64,000 nt of DNA. Source: an uncultured Eubacteriales bacterium (GTDB lineage: Bacteria > Bacillota > Clostridia > Lachnospirales > CAMVHY01). Each line of letters opens with the position of its first letter. Position 1 is the stretch's first letter. This document shows positions 11,124-22,405 of the stretch, piece by piece. The notes beneath the pieces were generated by a model. That model did not search any database, was not told the DNA's origin, and saw only the letters and a list, made by a program, of their open reading frames with translations. The stretch is taken from the NCBI GenBank assembly GCA_948543815.1, contig CAOVHW010000002.1, positions 89,215 to 153,214 of the forward strand, given 5' to 3'. The translations under genes and the position numbers were made by a program.

Positions 11124-11366
11124 ATGAAAAATTTTAAGCAGGTTGCGATTTATACTGATAAACTTGAAAGTGTTTTTTGTAATTTATGTGGCGCCGAGAT
11201 TAAAAAAAATCGATTCGGTTATTTCGATGATTATTTGAGCGTAAATAAAACTTGGGATTATACTTCAAATTTTGACGGCTTGACGCATTCTTTTGATTTA
11301 TGCCAAAATTGTTGTAAAAATTTAATTGCAAAAATGAAAATTAAACCTGGTGATTCTCATGATTAA
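11124..11366 (+). CDS. Small hypothetical protein with two CxxC pairs (zinc-ribbon-like)
   Basis: 80 aa with CNLCGAEI and CQNCC pairs. ATG 11124 follows GTGAGGG, and the terminator at 11072-11100 argues against the track's start at 11058. Overlaps the engB start. Confidence 0.45.
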   Translation: MKNFKQVAIYTDKLESVFCNLCGAEIKKNRFGYFDDYLSVNKTWDYTSNFDGLTHSFDLCQNCCKNLIAKMKIKPGDSHD

Positions 11367-11937
11367 TAATGTAAATTTAGAAATTGTTGCGGGAAATCCA
11401 TCGCAGTTTCCTAAAAATAATTTGCCACAATTTGTTTTTGTCGGCAAATCTAATGTCGGTAAATCTTCGCTGATTAATGCAATGCTCAATCGAAAATCTT
11501 TGGCGCGTACCAGTAATTCACCCGGAAAAACTCGCACTATCAATTTTTATAATGTCGATGATAAATTATATTTTGTTGATTTGCCAGGATATGGCTATGC
11601 GCGTGCGTCAAAATCCGAAATTCAAAAATGGAACAAACTTATTGAAAAATATTTTGACAATAATAATGTTCTTCGTTTGATTTTACTATTAATTGATATT
11701 CGACACTCTCCCGGGCAAAATGATAAATTGATGTATGATTGGCTGAAATTTTATAACTTTGAAACAATTATTGTTGCGACTAAAGCCGACAAAATTAAGT
11801 CAAACCAATTTGAAATTAATATAGATGAAATAAAAAAAAAATTAAATGCTAACGAAATTATTTTACCGTTTTCTAGCCAAACAAAATTTAATCGTGATAA
11901 ACTTTGGGAAATTATAAAAGAGAAGGGGATAGTATGA
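11350..11937 (+). CDS. engB: Ribosome-biogenesis GTPase EngB/YsxC
   Basis: G1 [14 protein letters not shown]3 DLPGYGYA, G4 TKADK. Start is GTG 11350 or ATG 11359. Confidence 0.85.
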   Translation: MILMINNVNLEIVAGNPSQFPKNNLPQFVFVGKSNVGKSSLINAMLNRKSLARTSNSPGKTRTINFYNVDDKLYFVDLPGYGYARASKSEIQKWNKLIEKYFDNNNVLRLILLLIDIRHSPGQNDKLMYDWLKFYNFETIIVATKADKIKSNQFEINIDEIKKKLNANEIILPFSSQTKFNRDKLWEIIKEKGIV

Positions 11938-13898
11938 ATTTTGAACTTGTGTCAAAATTTTTACCGACTGGCGATCAACCTCAAGCTATTGAGAAATTGA
12001 CAGACGGTTTTTTGCATGGTGAAAAATTTCAGACGTTAATGGGTGTAACTGGTTCTGGAAAAACTTTTACGATGGCAAATATTATTCAAAAATTAAATCG
12101 CCCAACGCTTGTTATTGCACACAATAAAACTTTAGCGGCACAATTATACAGTGAGTTCAAGGAATTTTTTCCGCATAACGCTGTAGAGTATTTTGTTTCT
12201 TATTATGATTATTATCAGCCTGAAGTTTATTTGCCTGCAACAGACACCTATATCGAAAAAGATTCAGCTATCAATGATGAGATTGACAAGCTTCGTTATT
12301 CTGCAACGGCTTCATTATTTGACCGGCGTGATGTAATTGTTGTCGCTAGTGTTTCTTGCATATATGGATTAGGTGATCCCGACGAATATAATGGTATGAT
12401 TCTTTCATTAAAACCGGGGTTAATTATTGACCGTGAAAAAATTTTACAACGTTTAGTTGAGTTGCAATATAACAGAAATGATTATGAATTTAAGCGTGGA
12501 ACTTTTCGAGTGCGTGGCGATGTTGTGGAAATTTTCCCGCCTTATTCATCTGAATTTGCATTACGTGTAGAAATGTTTGGCGATGAAATTGAAAGAATTT
12601 TAGAATTTCAACCTATCAGTGGAAAAATTATTGGTAAAAGAAATTATACAGCTATTATGCCGGCATCACATTATGTTGCGTCGAAAGAAAAGTTGGATTT
12701 CGCAATTAAAAACATAAAAAAAGAATTGCGTGAGCATGTAAAATTTTTGCGCGAAAATGACAAATTAATTGAGGCGCAACGAATTGAACAGCGAACAAAT
12801 TATGATATCGAAATGATAAAAGAAGTTGGATTTTGTAGCGGTATTGAAAATTATTCGCGCCATATTGATAATCGGCCGGAAGGTAGTGCACCGAGTACAT
12901 TGTTTGATTATTTTCCGGAAGATTTTTTTTTGATTATTGATGAATCGCATGTAACGATTCCGCAAATTAATGCGATGTATAAAGGTGATTTGTCACGTAA
13001 AAATACTTTGATTGATTATGGTTTTCGATTACCATCAGCGCGTGATAATCGGCCGTTAAAGTTTTCAGAATTTGAAAGCAAAATTAATCAATTGCTTTTT
13101 GTTTCGGCAACGCCTGCAAATTATGAGCGTGAAAAATCATCGCACATAGTTGAGCAAATAATTCGCCCGACAGGATTGTTAGACCCTGAAATTTTTATTC
13201 ATGGAACGGCAAGCCAAATTGACAATTTAATTGAGCAAATAAATCTTACGACGGCAAACAATGAAAAAGTTTTGGTGACGACGCTTACAAAAAAAATGGC
13301 CGAGAATTTAACCGATTATTTAAATGAAAATTCGATACGTGTGAAATATTTGCATTCGGATATTGATACTCTTGAGCGCGTGAAAATAATTCATGACTTG
13401 CGGACAAACGTTTTTGATGTTATTGTCGGAATAAATTTACTGCGTGAGGGCCTTGATATTCCCGAAGTTTCACTCATTGCAATTTTAGATGCGGATAAAG
13501 AAGGATTTTTGCGTTCCGAAACTTCTCTCATTCAAACTATTGGGCGAGCCGCACGAAATGTTCATGGTCGAATAATTATGTACGCTGATACGATTACAAA
13601 ATCTATGAAAAAAGCAATTGACGAAACACAGCGTCGTCGTTGTATCCAAGAAAAATATAACAAAGAGCACAATATTACGCCGCAAACCATAAAAAAAGAT
13701 GTGCGTGAAATAATTCAAGCAACCGAAAAAATTGAAGAAAATGTTGAGAAGCCAAACAAATTTATGAGTAAAAAAGAGGTTGAGAAAAAAATTGCGGCGC
13801 TTACAAAAAAAATGGAAAAATTATCACTTGAATTGAATTTCGAAGAAGCAATTATGTGCCGCGATGAGATAGATGAATTGAAAAAAATTTTTGGCTAA
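11934..13898 (+). CDS. uvrB: Excinuclease ABC subunit B
   Basis: [17 protein letters not shown], Walker [13 protein letters not shown] box and a C-terminal UVR coiled coil ([15 protein letters not shown]). ATG 11934 overlaps the engB stop (ATGA) and follows GAAGGGGA. Confidence 0.9.
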   Translation: MNFELVSKFLPTGDQPQAIEKLTDGFLHGEKFQTLMGVTGSGKTFTMANIIQKLNRPTLVIAHNKTLAAQLYSEFKEFFPHNAVEYFVSYYDYYQPEVYLPATDTYIEKDSAINDEIDKLRYSATASLFDRRDVIVVASVSCIYGLGDPDEYNGMILSLKPGLIIDREKILQRLVELQYNRNDYEFKRGTFRVRGDVVEIFPPYSSEFALRVEMFGDEIERILEFQPISGKIIGKRNYTAIMPASHYVASKEKLDFAIKNIKKELREHVKFLRENDKLIEAQRIEQRTNYDIEMIKEVGFCSGIENYSRHIDNRPEGSAPSTLFDYFPEDFFLIIDESHVTIPQINAMYKGDLSRKNTLIDYGFRLPSARDNRPLKFSEFESKINQLLFVSATPANYEREKSSHIVEQIIRPTGLLDPEIFIHGTASQIDNLIEQINLTTANNEKVLVTTLTKKMAENLTDYLNENSIRVKYLHSDIDTLERVKIIHDLRTNVFDVIVGINLLREGLDIPEVSLIAILDADKEGFLRSETSLIQTIGRAARNVHGRIIMYADTITKSMKKAIDETQRRRCIQEKYNKEHNITPQTIKKDVREIIQATEKIEENVEKPNKFMSKKEVEKKIAALTKKMEKLSLELNFEEAIMCRDEIDELKKIFG

Positions 13899-13900
13899 TT

Positions 13901-15370
13901 TTAAAGCAATGGTGCAAATAATCTTGAAATTGATTCTTTTATTTTAGTGAAATTTGAGCGTTGCAAGTAATCTTCATAAAAAATTTGCTCGCAATCATTT
14001 AAATCATCTATAAAAACTTTTTCAAATTTTTCGGTTACATTTTTGTCATAAATAAAAGAATTGATTTCAAAATTTAATTTAAAGCTGCGAATATCCATGT
14101 TTGCACTGCCGACGGATGAAATTTTTCCATCGATTAAAATTAATTTGCTGTGGACAAATCCTTTTTTGTATTCATAACATTTTGCGCCAGCTTCAAGTAA
14201 TTCGCCAATGTATGATAAATTTGCCCATTTCACAAAAGGATGATCAGGTTTTGATGGAATAATTATTTTTACGTCAATTCCAGAAATTGCTGCGATTTTC
14301 AGTGCATTTATTACGCTTTCTTCCGGAATAAAGTAAGGAGTTTGGATATAAATCGAAGTTTCGGCTTCGTTTATCATTTTGAAATAATTGTATTCGATAG
14401 CTGGATGATGTGTATCGGGACCGCTGCTGACAATTTGCATGCTTGTGCAGTCAACAGTTTCAAGTTTCGGAAAATATTTTTCTTCCAATTCAATTTTATT
14501 ATTGCCGGCAAAATTCCAATCCATGATAAAACGTAATTCGAGTTGTTTAACGGCATCGCCAAAAATTTTTATATGAATATCGCGCCAAAATCCAAATTTT
14601 TTTGATTTACCCAAATATTCGTCGCCAATATTAATTCCGCCGACGTAGCCGATTTTTCCGTCGATAACACAAATTTTTCGATGATTGCGGAAATTTGCAC
14701 GGAAAAAACGTGGTGGCAAAAATGAAACCACTTGTCCACCAGCTTTTATTAAATTATCGAAGAAATGTTTTGAGGTTAGAATTGAGCCCATGCCATCAAA
14801 AAGTAATTTAACTTCTACGCCTTCATTAATTTTTTTGACGAGTATGTTAGCAATTTTTTTACCTAATTCATCATCGTGAAAAATATAATATTGAAGATGA
14901 ATGAAATTTTGTGCGTTTTCAATATCTTCGATGAGTGAGTCAAATTTTTCGACACCATCGTAAAATAAATTTAATTTATTATTTAATGTAATAGGATTTT
15001 TACCGAGCCGATAGTTCATATAAACCATATCACTGAAATGTTCGTAACCCGGAATTTGTAAAATATTATCCTTGCTTTTCAAAATATTTTGTTGCTCTAA
15101 AAAATAATTTCCTTCGTCAAACATACTTAAATATTTTTCATATAAATTGTTATCAAATTTTGATTTAAGCATAAATATTTTATGTTTTCGTGCTTCGAGT
15201 CCAAATAATAAATATAAAATGAAGCCGAAATACGGCAATATATTTAATATAATTATCCATGCCCATGTTACTACTGGACTTTTTCGTTCAAAAAATACTA
15301 TCAAAATCGTAAAAATTATGTTCAGTATAAAAAATATTTGTAATAAAAGTGATACCACTTCGCTTAGCAT
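13901..15370 (-). CDS. cls: Cardiolipin synthase
   Basis: Two N-terminal TM helices and two PLD HKD motifs (HRKICVIDG, HSKLILIDG). 489 aa. GGAGG SD. Confidence 0.85.
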   Translation of the reverse strand: MLSEVVSLLLQIFFILNIIFTILIVFFERKSPVVTWAWIIILNILPYFGFILYLLFGLEARKHKIFMLKSKFDNNLYEKYLSMFDEGNYFLEQQNILKSKDNILQIPGYEHFSDMVYMNYRLGKNPITLNNKLNLFYDGVEKFDSLIEDIENAQNFIHLQYYIFHDDELGKKIANILVKKINEGVEVKLLFDGMGSILTSKHFFDNLIKAGGQVVSFLPPRFFRANFRNHRKICVIDGKIGYVGGINIGDEYLGKSKKFGFWRDIHIKIFGDAVKQLELRFIMDWNFAGNNKIELEEKYFPKLETVDCTSMQIVSSGPDTHHPAIEYNYFKMINEAETSIYIQTPYFIPEESVINALKIAAISGIDVKIIIPSKPDHPFVKWANLSYIGELLEAGAKCYEYKKGFVHSKLILIDGKISSVGSANMDIRSFKLNFEINSFIYDKNVTEKFEKVFIDDLNDCEQIFYEDYLQRSNFTKIKESISRLFAPLL

Positions 15371-15467
15371 ACTTTATTCCTCCTATTTTTTTTCATTCAA
15401 TCTTAGCATATGTTGAATATAAAAAACAAATTTGCTAAAATAATAAAAAATTGAAAGGATGAAAACT

Positions 15468-15851
15468 ATGACCCTCGGCGATATTTTCTTTATCATTTTT
15501 ATTGCTCTCGCTATTATTTTTACCGCTCTCTATTTTTTAAATAGGTGGGCTATTAAAAAATATGGTTCCCAACAAGATATAATTGAAAAATCTAAAATGT
15601 CCATTAATATTTTTGTTATCGATAAAAAAAAAATGCGTATTAATGACGCAAATTTTCCTAAAGCTATCTATTCCTCTATTCCGAAATTCTATAAGTTCTT
15701 AAAATTACCTATCGTTAAAGCTAAAGTCGGTAATAAAATTATGGATCTTATCTGCGATAAAAAAGTTTTTAAATCTATCGATGTTAAAAAAAATTGCAAG
15801 GTCGAATTGGCCGGTATTTATATCATCTCCCTTGTTAAAAAATTAAAATAA
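15468..15851 (+). CDS. Hypothetical membrane-anchored protein
   Basis: A single N-terminal TM helix (IFFIIFIALAIIFTALYFL) followed by a basic ~100-aa domain. No family recognised. A hairpin terminator follows. Confidence 0.45.
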   Translation: MTLGDIFFIIFIALAIIFTALYFLNRWAIKKYGSQQDIIEKSKMSINIFVIDKKKMRINDANFPKAIYSSIPKFYKFLKLPIVKAKVGNKIMDLICDKKVFKSIDVKKNCKVELAGIYIISLVKKLK

Positions 15852-16030
15852 TATTGTTACAAGATGAAAATCTTGAACAATATTTTTTTTATTTTTTTAT
15901 AACAAATAAAAATTTTCTAGCTAAATAGTGTATAATAATTATGTTAGTTCAATATAAAAATTTTATTGAAAAATTAATTTCCCATTGCTATTATTTCATG
16001 TAGATAATTTTAAAATTTTGGAGGAATTTT

Positions 16031-17680
16031 ATGATATCTTATTGGAAAATTTTTTTTAATTTTATTGGCGGGCTTGGCTTGCTTTTATATGGTATGTATA
16101 TTATGGCCGATGGCTTACAAAAAATTGCTGGCTCCAAAATGAAAAAACTCCTCGAAATTTTAACTCGTAATAAATTAATGAGTGTTATTGTCGGCGCATT
16201 CGTTACCGGTTTGATTCACAGCAGTGCCGCCGTTACTGTTATGATTGTTGGTTTCGTAAATGCCGGTCTAATGGATTTAACTCAATCTGTTGGAATTATT
16301 ATGGGTGCAAATGTTGGGACAACTGTAACAAGTTGGCTTATATCAAGTGTAGAATGGTTAGAAATTTTAAGTCCAGCAAATATTGCACCAATAGCTATTG
16401 GTGTAGGCGCAGCGATGATTTTATTTACAAAAAAAGAAAAAATTTGTAACATCGGAATGGTTACAGTTGGTTTTGGACTTTTATTTATTGGTATAAATTC
16501 TATGACGCAAGCTTGTTTACCATTAAGTCATTCACCGTATCTTAAGCAAGCTTTTTTGATTATGGGGAAAAATCCATTTCTTGGATTATTAGCAGGAACT
16601 TTGATAACAGCTATTTTGCAGAGTAGTGCGGCATCAGTTGGAATTTTGCAATCTCTTGCAATTTTAAATTTAGTGCCATGGAACAGTGCTGTTTATATAA
16701 TTATGGGGCAAAATATTGGAACATGTTTTACGTCGTTGTTGTCAAGTATCGGGACATCGAAAAATGCTAAAGCAACAGCTTATTTGCATTTAATTTTTAA
16801 TTTATTTGGCAGCTTAATTTTTTCAGCTATCGCAATTTTATTTTTTACATATATAAATCCGCGAATAGGATTTGAATTTATAAATTTAACGCAAATAAGT
16901 ATTGTACATAGCGTATTTAACATTGCGACGACAATAATGCTTTACCCATTTAGCAATCAACTTATAAAAATAGCGCAATTTTTTGTACGTAATGTAAAAG
17001 ATGATGAGAGCGAAGTTCCTGTTCATTTGGATGTAAGAATTCTTGAAAATCCGAACTTTGCAGTACAAAGTTGTGTAAAAGAAATCATACGTATGGGTTA
17101 TATGGCGCAAACGAATTTAAAAACGGCAATGGAAGCGCTATTAGAATTAAATGAGAAAAAAATTGAAATTGTGCTTAAGCGTGAAAAACAAATTGATACA
17201 CTAAATAATGCGATTACGAAATATTTGATTAAAATTTGCAATACTGGCGTTAACCGCAAAGAAAATAAATTTTTGACGCGACTTTTTCACACAGTGAGTG
17301 ATATCGAAAGAATTGGTGACCATTGTGAAAATATTGCGGACGTTGCAAAATATATGATAAAAGAAGATTTGACATTTTCAACTCAGCCAATACAAGAATT
17401 GACAGAAATATTTAATATGACAATTTTGTGTTATGACAGTAGTTTAAAGTCGCTTGAAAAAAATGACAAAATAATTGCAATGCAAACGGTAACACTAGAA
17501 AAAAATATAGACTCACTCGAAAAAGAATTGCGTAATATCCATATTGAACGCCTTTCACATAATCAATACGATGCGAAATCACATGTCGCATTTCTCGATA
17601 CAATTTCAAATTTGGAAAGAATATCTGACCACGCTTTAAACATTTCACAGCTTGTGCTAAAATATAAACGCACTTCATAA
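16031..17680 (+). CDS. Na/Pi cotransporter family protein with C-terminal PhoU-like domains
   Basis: Polytopic N-terminal half with duplicated GANVGTT / GQNIGTC motifs. The C-terminal half has two PhoU-like repeats ([25 protein letters not shown]). 549 aa. Confidence 0.8.
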   Translation: MISYWKIFFNFIGGLGLLLYGMYIMADGLQKIAGSKMKKLLEILTRNKLMSVIVGAFVTGLIHSSAAVTVMIVGFVNAGLMDLTQSVGIIMGANVGTTVTSWLISSVEWLEILSPANIAPIAIGVGAAMILFTKKEKICNIGMVTVGFGLLFIGINSMTQACLPLSHSPYLKQAFLIMGKNPFLGLLAGTLITAILQSSAASVGILQSLAILNLVPWNSAVYIIMGQNIGTCFTSLLSSIGTSKNAKATAYLHLIFNLFGSLIFSAIAILFFTYINPRIGFEFINLTQISIVHSVFNIATTIMLYPFSNQLIKIAQFFVRNVKDDESEVPVHLDVRILENPNFAVQSCVKEIIRMGYMAQTNLKTAMEALLELNEKKIEIVLKREKQIDTLNNAITKYLIKICNTGVNRKENKFLTRLFHTVSDIERIGDHCENIADVAKYMIKEDLTFSTQPIQELTEIFNMTILCYDSSLKSLEKNDKIIAMQTVTLEKNIDSLEKELRNIHIERLSHNQYDAKSHVAFLDTISNLERISDHALNISQLVLKYKRTS

Positions 17681-17706
17681 TTAAAATAATTTTTGGAGGT
17701 TTTGTT

Positions 17707-18897
17707 ATGCTAAATAAAAAAACTATTGACGATTTGGATGTTCATGGCAAAAAAGTTTTGCTGCGCTGTGATTTTAATGTTCCAATACAAGATGGTGAAA
17801 TAACTGATACAAATCGTATTGTTGCAGCCCTGCCAACTATAAAAAAATTAGTTGATGATGGAGCAAAACTTATTTTGTGTTCACATCTTGGTAAGCCAAA
17901 AGGCCCTGACAAAAATTTTTCACTCGAACCAGTAGCAAAAAAATTGTCAGAGCTTTTGAACAAAAATGTTTTTTTTGCTGACGATGATGAAGTTGTTGGT
18001 GAAAATGCAAAAAAAATTGTAAGTGAACTCAAAGATGGTGAAATAGTTTTATTGCAGAATACTCGTTTTCGTCCTGAGGAGACAAAAAATATTGACGAAT
18101 TTTCAATGCAACTTGCATCACTCGCAGATATTTATGTAAATGATGCATTTGGTTCGGCACATCGTGCGCATTGTTCAACAGTTGGTGTAACAAAATATAT
18201 AAAAGAAACGGCTGTTGGCTATTTGATGCAAAAAGAAATAGAATTTTTGGGCAATGCGGTTAATAATCCAAAACGTCCGTTTGTAGCAATTCTTGGCGGG
18301 GCAAAAGTTTCTGACAAAATTAATGTTATAAATAATTTGCTAGACAAAGTTGACAAATTAATTATTGGCGGTGGAATGGCTTATACTTTTTTGAAAGCAC
18401 AAGGCTATGAAATTGGTCAATCATTGCTCGAGGAAGATAAATTGGATTATGCACGTGAAATGATGCAAAAAGCTAAAGAAAAAAATGTCGAATTAATTTT
18501 ACCTGTCGATATAGTTGTTGTTCAAGAATTTAAGAACGATACGCCATATAAAACTGTTCCAATAGATAAAATCGAAAAAAATTGGATGGGCGTTGATATT
18601 GGTGAAGAAACTCGTATGAATTTTACAATCGCATTGCAAAATGCAAAAACTGTAATTTGGAATGGACCAATGGGTGTGTTTGAGTTTAGGAATTTTGCAC
18701 GAGGTACATTAGCTGTTGCAAATGCTTTGGCAGACTTAGATGCAACAACAATTATTGGCGGCGGAGATTCTGCAGCGGCTATAAATAAATTAGGTTTTAA
18801 AAATAAAATGACACATATTTCAACCGGTGGCGGCGCATCTTTAGAATTTTTAGAAGGTAAAGATTTACCTGGTATCATTGCTATTCAAAATAAATAA
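17707..18897 (+). CDS. pgk: Phosphoglycerate kinase
   Basis: [18 protein letters not shown] and GGGDSAAA...[13 protein letters not shown] motifs. 396 aa. Confidence 0.92.
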   Translation: MLNKKTIDDLDVHGKKVLLRCDFNVPIQDGEITDTNRIVAALPTIKKLVDDGAKLILCSHLGKPKGPDKNFSLEPVAKKLSELLNKNVFFADDDEVVGENAKKIVSELKDGEIVLLQNTRFRPEETKNIDEFSMQLASLADIYVNDAFGSAHRAHCSTVGVTKYIKETAVGYLMQKEIEFLGNAVNNPKRPFVAILGGAKVSDKINVINNLLDKVDKLIIGGGMAYTFLKAQGYEIGQSLLEEDKLDYAREMMQKAKEKNVELILPVDIVVVQEFKNDTPYKTVPIDKIEKNWMGVDIGEETRMNFTIALQNAKTVIWNGPMGVFEFRNFARGTLAVANALADLDATTIIGGGDSAAAINKLGFKNKMTHISTGGGASLEFLEGKDLPGIIAIQNK

Positions 18898-18898
18898 T

Positions 18899-18936
18899 AA
18901 AAAAAATGACCTTGAGTTAAACTCAGGGTCATTTTT
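18899..18936. terminator. Bidirectional terminator between pgk and the 1038-aa gene
   Basis: 13-bp stem atgaccttgagtt / aactcagggtcat flanked by an A-run on the left and a T-run on the right. Confidence 0.75.
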
Positions 18937-21900
18937 AAAGTTGAACTGTTGTTCGAAATTTTGAGTTGCTATCTAAAGTTGGGATTGTTTTGACAAAATC
19001 ACGAAAATCAGAAAATTCTTTTCTATTTGTAAAATCATTAAGTTCCTTAAATTTAGCAGTATAACTATTTATTTTATTTTCAATTTCACTTTTTTGTTTT
19101 AATAATTCTTTATTTTTATTTGAAATTTTATCAGATTCTTTTTGAAAAGAAAATAATTTTTCTTCTGTACATTTTTTAACATTTTCAAAAAAATCACATT
19201 CTTCACTTGCTTCACACTGACAATTTTTAAATTCTGTAATTTCATTTTGTTTTTCTTTTATTTCTTCTAACAGATTCTGCCACTTCTCATTGTTTTTGAA
19301 AAATTTGTTCAATAGCGTATTATTATTTAGGAAAATTGATTTTAATTTAAAATTAAAATTACTATTTTCATTTAAATAATTACCAAGATTCTCCTTTGAA
19401 TTATTAAGCTGTGTAATTTTTTCATTATAAGCCTGCATTAATTCTTTTGTTAATTTTATATTATTTTCGTTTTCTTTATTTTGTTCTTTATTATCGTTTA
19501 GTTTTTTTTTTACTTTTTGTAATGATTGTTCTAATTCATTTATTTTTCTCAATAAACTTTTAATATTTTCTTCTATTAAGCAATAATTTATTTGAAGTTG
19601 ATTTTTTAAATTTTCAACTTTGCTTGAAATAGTTTGAAATTCATTTTTACCTTCTTCAATTTTTTTACGCATACAGCTAAGGTTTTCAAAAGTATTTCTT
19701 GGTTGACTTAATTCATTTAATAAATCAGCAAAATAACTCTCTGTACTAGATATTTGTGAACTTATCTCTTTAATTTTAATTTTATCATCGCTTAAGCTTA
19801 AATCTTTCTTTAAATTATCATCAAATTTATTTACTTGTTCAATGAAGTTTTTCATATCATTGATTTGATTCGAATAATTAGAATTTTTTTTATTTATTTC
19901 TTTATAATTTTTTTCAAAATAGTTATTATATGAATTTTCTATTTTAATTGAAAAATTATTAAAGAAAATTTTAAATTTTTCAGGAGATTTCGCATTAAAT
20001 AAATGTAAAATATATTCTTTATCAAATTCATCAATGCAAGTAATTATTTTTAAATAATTTACAAAGTTACATTGATTAAATTCGTCAAAGGTTGCGAAAT
20101 TCATAGTAAACTGAAAATAATCTATTTCATTTTCTTTAATATCAAATTTTAGAAATAATTCGTTTTTAACTTCATTTAATTTATCAACAATATCTCCAGG
20201 TAAAATTAATTTTAATAAATTTTTCAAATCGTTATTATTCAATTTATTACAAGATAATTTTTTTAAATAAGAAACATTTTGCTTAATATAATTTATACAC
20301 ATTAAAATTTCATTTAATAATTTTGCACTTATATTATCATTAATACGAAGTGAAAATTTTGAAATATAAGCTTCTAAATCGCCCATATTACTTACGTTTA
20401 AATTTATATTTAATATACTAAAAGGGGTTCTAAAAAATTCAGGATGAATTCTCTTCAATTCCTTCAAATAAATATACATTTCATTAAAGTTTTTATCTAA
20501 ATTTTTATCTAAAAAAATATAAAAATTACTTGCATTTTTTGCATTAATTTCATCAATTAAGAATGAATTTGTAAACTTATGTTTTTTTATTAAAGAATAT
20601 CTCAAATAAGAATAACAATTTGGAAAAAAATTAACAATTTCTTGTTTTTTATTTTGCCACCATCTTATTGATTGTAATTTTATTTGAAGTGAAGTTAAAA
20701 ATGAAATAAAATTTTTTTCTTTAATTGCTTCTTCAAGATATGGTAATATATCTTTTTTATGTTCTTTAAATAATTTTACAATTTTTTTCTTCCTAAAATA
20801 AAAAGGCTCGATAGAACCGTCATCTTTGATATTATAAAAAACAATTTCATTATCTTTGTAAATTATAACTGGTTTAGAAAATAGATTGGAATTTAAAATA
20901 AATTTATCCATTTCTTGAATATCCAAGTTTGAAGTTTGATTTGTTATTAATGTTAAATAATTTTTAGCTGCAATAATTTTATTGATAGACTTAAAAATTG
21001 CATCATTTTCTAAAAAAAATAATTTACCAGAAATATCATCAATATTTTCCAAACTTGGATAGCGTAAAGGATTTCTTTCAAGTCTAAATTTTCTCCAATT
21101 AAAAATCCAACGTCTAAATAAATGCGGATAAAATTTTTTAAGATTTAATAATAATTCTTTAAGCGTTTGAAAATTTAAATCGATAATTAATTGTAAAGAT
21201 TTCATATCAATTTCTCCGTTTTTATTAAATTTATCTAAACGAATTTTTATTAAATCAAAAATTTGTTTTTTCCACAGAAGCCAATTAAAAAATTCTTTAC
21301 TTTTATTAATATTATAAGTAAGATACTCTACTTTATAATTATAAAAGTCATTATCACTACGAATAAATTCAATAAGTTTTGAATTGCAATTTATTTCTTC
21401 CAAAAATATTTTAAGGCGAACAGCATAATAAAAATCTTCTTTTTTCTTTTTTAGCCAATTTAAAAATTCAATATCATCATTAATAGAATACCAAAATTTA
21501 GTTTTATCTTTTTCATCATAAAAATATTTTTCAATATAATAATCAAATTCATCATCATTATAAACATATTCAAGAAACTCTGGATCACAATTCACAAAAA
21601 AATCAAAATTACCATCTTTACCAAAATCTAAGTACTCTTTATGTAAAACATGATCATCTTCTGGATTTCCAAACCATGCTTCACGATAATCATGATTATG
21701 ATTATATCTCATTACCAAAATTCCGTCATGATTTATATAAGTTGTAGGCAACTTTTCTTTTAAACAAATTCCTTCTATAAGACTTGCACAACCTTGTGAT
21801 TTAGCCATCAAATCATTTTTGCCGTTTTTTGCTTCACGGAAAATTATTTCTTTAATAAGACTTTTTTCGTTTTGTGGCAAATTATTATACCAATAATATA

Positions 21901-22051
21901 TTTTATCTCTATTTTCTGTCCAGTGAATAAAATTATTTGTTTCTTCCTCGAAATATTTTCTTATTTCACTATCTTCTGTCCAACATTCTCTCCAATCTCT
22001 TTTTTTATTATAAAGTTTAATATTTATAGGTTCTGACATCTTTTTATTCAC
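18935..22051 (-). CDS. Large hypothetical protein (1038 aa): Trp/aromatic-rich N-terminal region plus C-terminal coiled coil
   Basis: Uninterrupted 3.1-kb ORF with an AGGTGA SD. I see no signal peptide or TM helix and no catalytic or NTP-binding motif. The last ~330 aa are N/K/E/L-rich and heptad-like. Terminators flank both sides. Confidence 0.7.
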   Translation of the reverse strand: MNKKMSEPINIKLYNKKRDWRECWTEDSEIRKYFEEETNNFIHWTENRDKIYYWYNNLPQNEKSLIKEIIFREAKNGKNDLMAKSQGCASLIEGICLKEKLPTTYINHDGILVMRYNHNHDYREAWFGNPEDDHVLHKEYLDFGKDGNFDFFVNCDPEFLEYVYNDDEFDYYIEKYFYDEKDKTKFWYSINDDIEFLNWLKKKKEDFYYAVRLKIFLEEINCNSKLIEFIRSDNDFYNYKVEYLTYNINKSKEFFNWLLWKKQIFDLIKIRLDKFNKNGEIDMKSLQLIIDLNFQTLKELLLNLKKFYPHLFRRWIFNWRKFRLERNPLRYPSLENIDDISGKLFFLENDAIFKSINKIIAAKNYLTLITNQTSNLDIQEMDKFILNSNLFSKPVIIYKDNEIVFYNIKDDGSIEPFYFRKKKIVKLFKEHKKDILPYLEEAIKEKNFISFLTSLQIKLQSIRWWQNKKQEIVNFFPNCYSYLRYSLIKKHKFTNSFLIDEINAKNASNFYIFLDKNLDKNFNEMYIYLKELKRIHPEFFRTPFSILNINLNVSNMGDLEAYISKFSLRINDNISAKLLNEILMCINYIKQNVSYLKKLSCNKLNNNDLKNLLKLILPGDIVDKLNEVKNELFLKFDIKENEIDYFQFTMNFATFDEFNQCNFVNYLKIITCIDEFDKEYILHLFNAKSPEKFKIFFNNFSIKIENSYNNYFEKNYKEINKKNSNYSNQINDMKNFIEQVNKFDDNLKKDLSLSDDKIKIKEISSQISSTESYFADLLNELSQPRNTFENLSCMRKKIEEGKNEFQTISSKVENLKNQLQINYCLIEENIKSLLRKINELEQSLQKVKKKLNDNKEQNKENENNIKLTKELMQAYNEKITQLNNSKENLGNYLNENSNFNFKLKSIFLNNNTLLNKFFKNNEKWQNLLEEIKEKQNEITEFKNCQCEASEECDFFENVKKCTEEKLFSFQKESDKISNKNKELLKQKSEIENKINSYTAKFKELNDFTNRKEFSDFRDFVKTIPTLDSNSKFRTTVQL

Positions 22052-22102
22052 CTACACTTATAAAAAAAACTATTATTTATAACTTTATATATTAATAATA
22101 AC

Positions 22103-22135
22103 AAAAATGTTGCTTTTTATCAAGTGAAAAAGCAA
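22103..22135 (-). terminator. Terminator of the tRNA operon
   Basis: Stem ttgcttttt / aaaaagcaa with an 8-nt loop, followed on the minus strand by a T-run. Confidence 0.6.
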
Positions 22136-22146
22136 CAAATAATAAA

Positions 22147-22218
22147 AGCACAAGACGGGATTCGAACCCGCGACCCTCGCCTTGGCAAGGCGATGCTCTA
22201 CCACTGAGCCACTTGTGC
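22147..22218 (-). tRNA. tRNA-Gly (GCC)
   Basis: Reverse complement folds as a cloverleaf: GCACAAG acceptor, GCTC/GAGC D stem, anticodon loop TTGCCAA, TTCGAAT T loop. CCA is not encoded. Confidence 0.9.
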
Positions 22219-22225
22219 ATAAGAA

Positions 22226-22296
22226 AGCGGATGATGGGAATCGAACCCACATAGCCAGCTTGGAAGGCTGGAGTTTTACCACTAAACTACATCCGC
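22226..22296 (-). tRNA. tRNA-Gly (UCC)
   Basis: GCGGATG acceptor, anticodon stem CCAGC/GCTGG with loop CTTCCAA, TTCGATT T loop. Confidence 0.9.
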
Positions 22297-22310
22297 AAAA
22301 AAAATAAATG

Positions 22311-22383
<73 letters not shown>

Positions 22384-22405
22384 CGATACGTTACTCAACT
22401 TTTTG

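Noticed and set aside
21670-21715. The string RYNHNHDYREAW in the 1038-aa protein as a possible HNH nuclease motif.
   Set aside because: It is only an isolated His/Asn run. There is no flanking beta-beta-alpha-metal context and no Cys or His pairs at HNH spacing. This is most likely chance in an N-rich protein.
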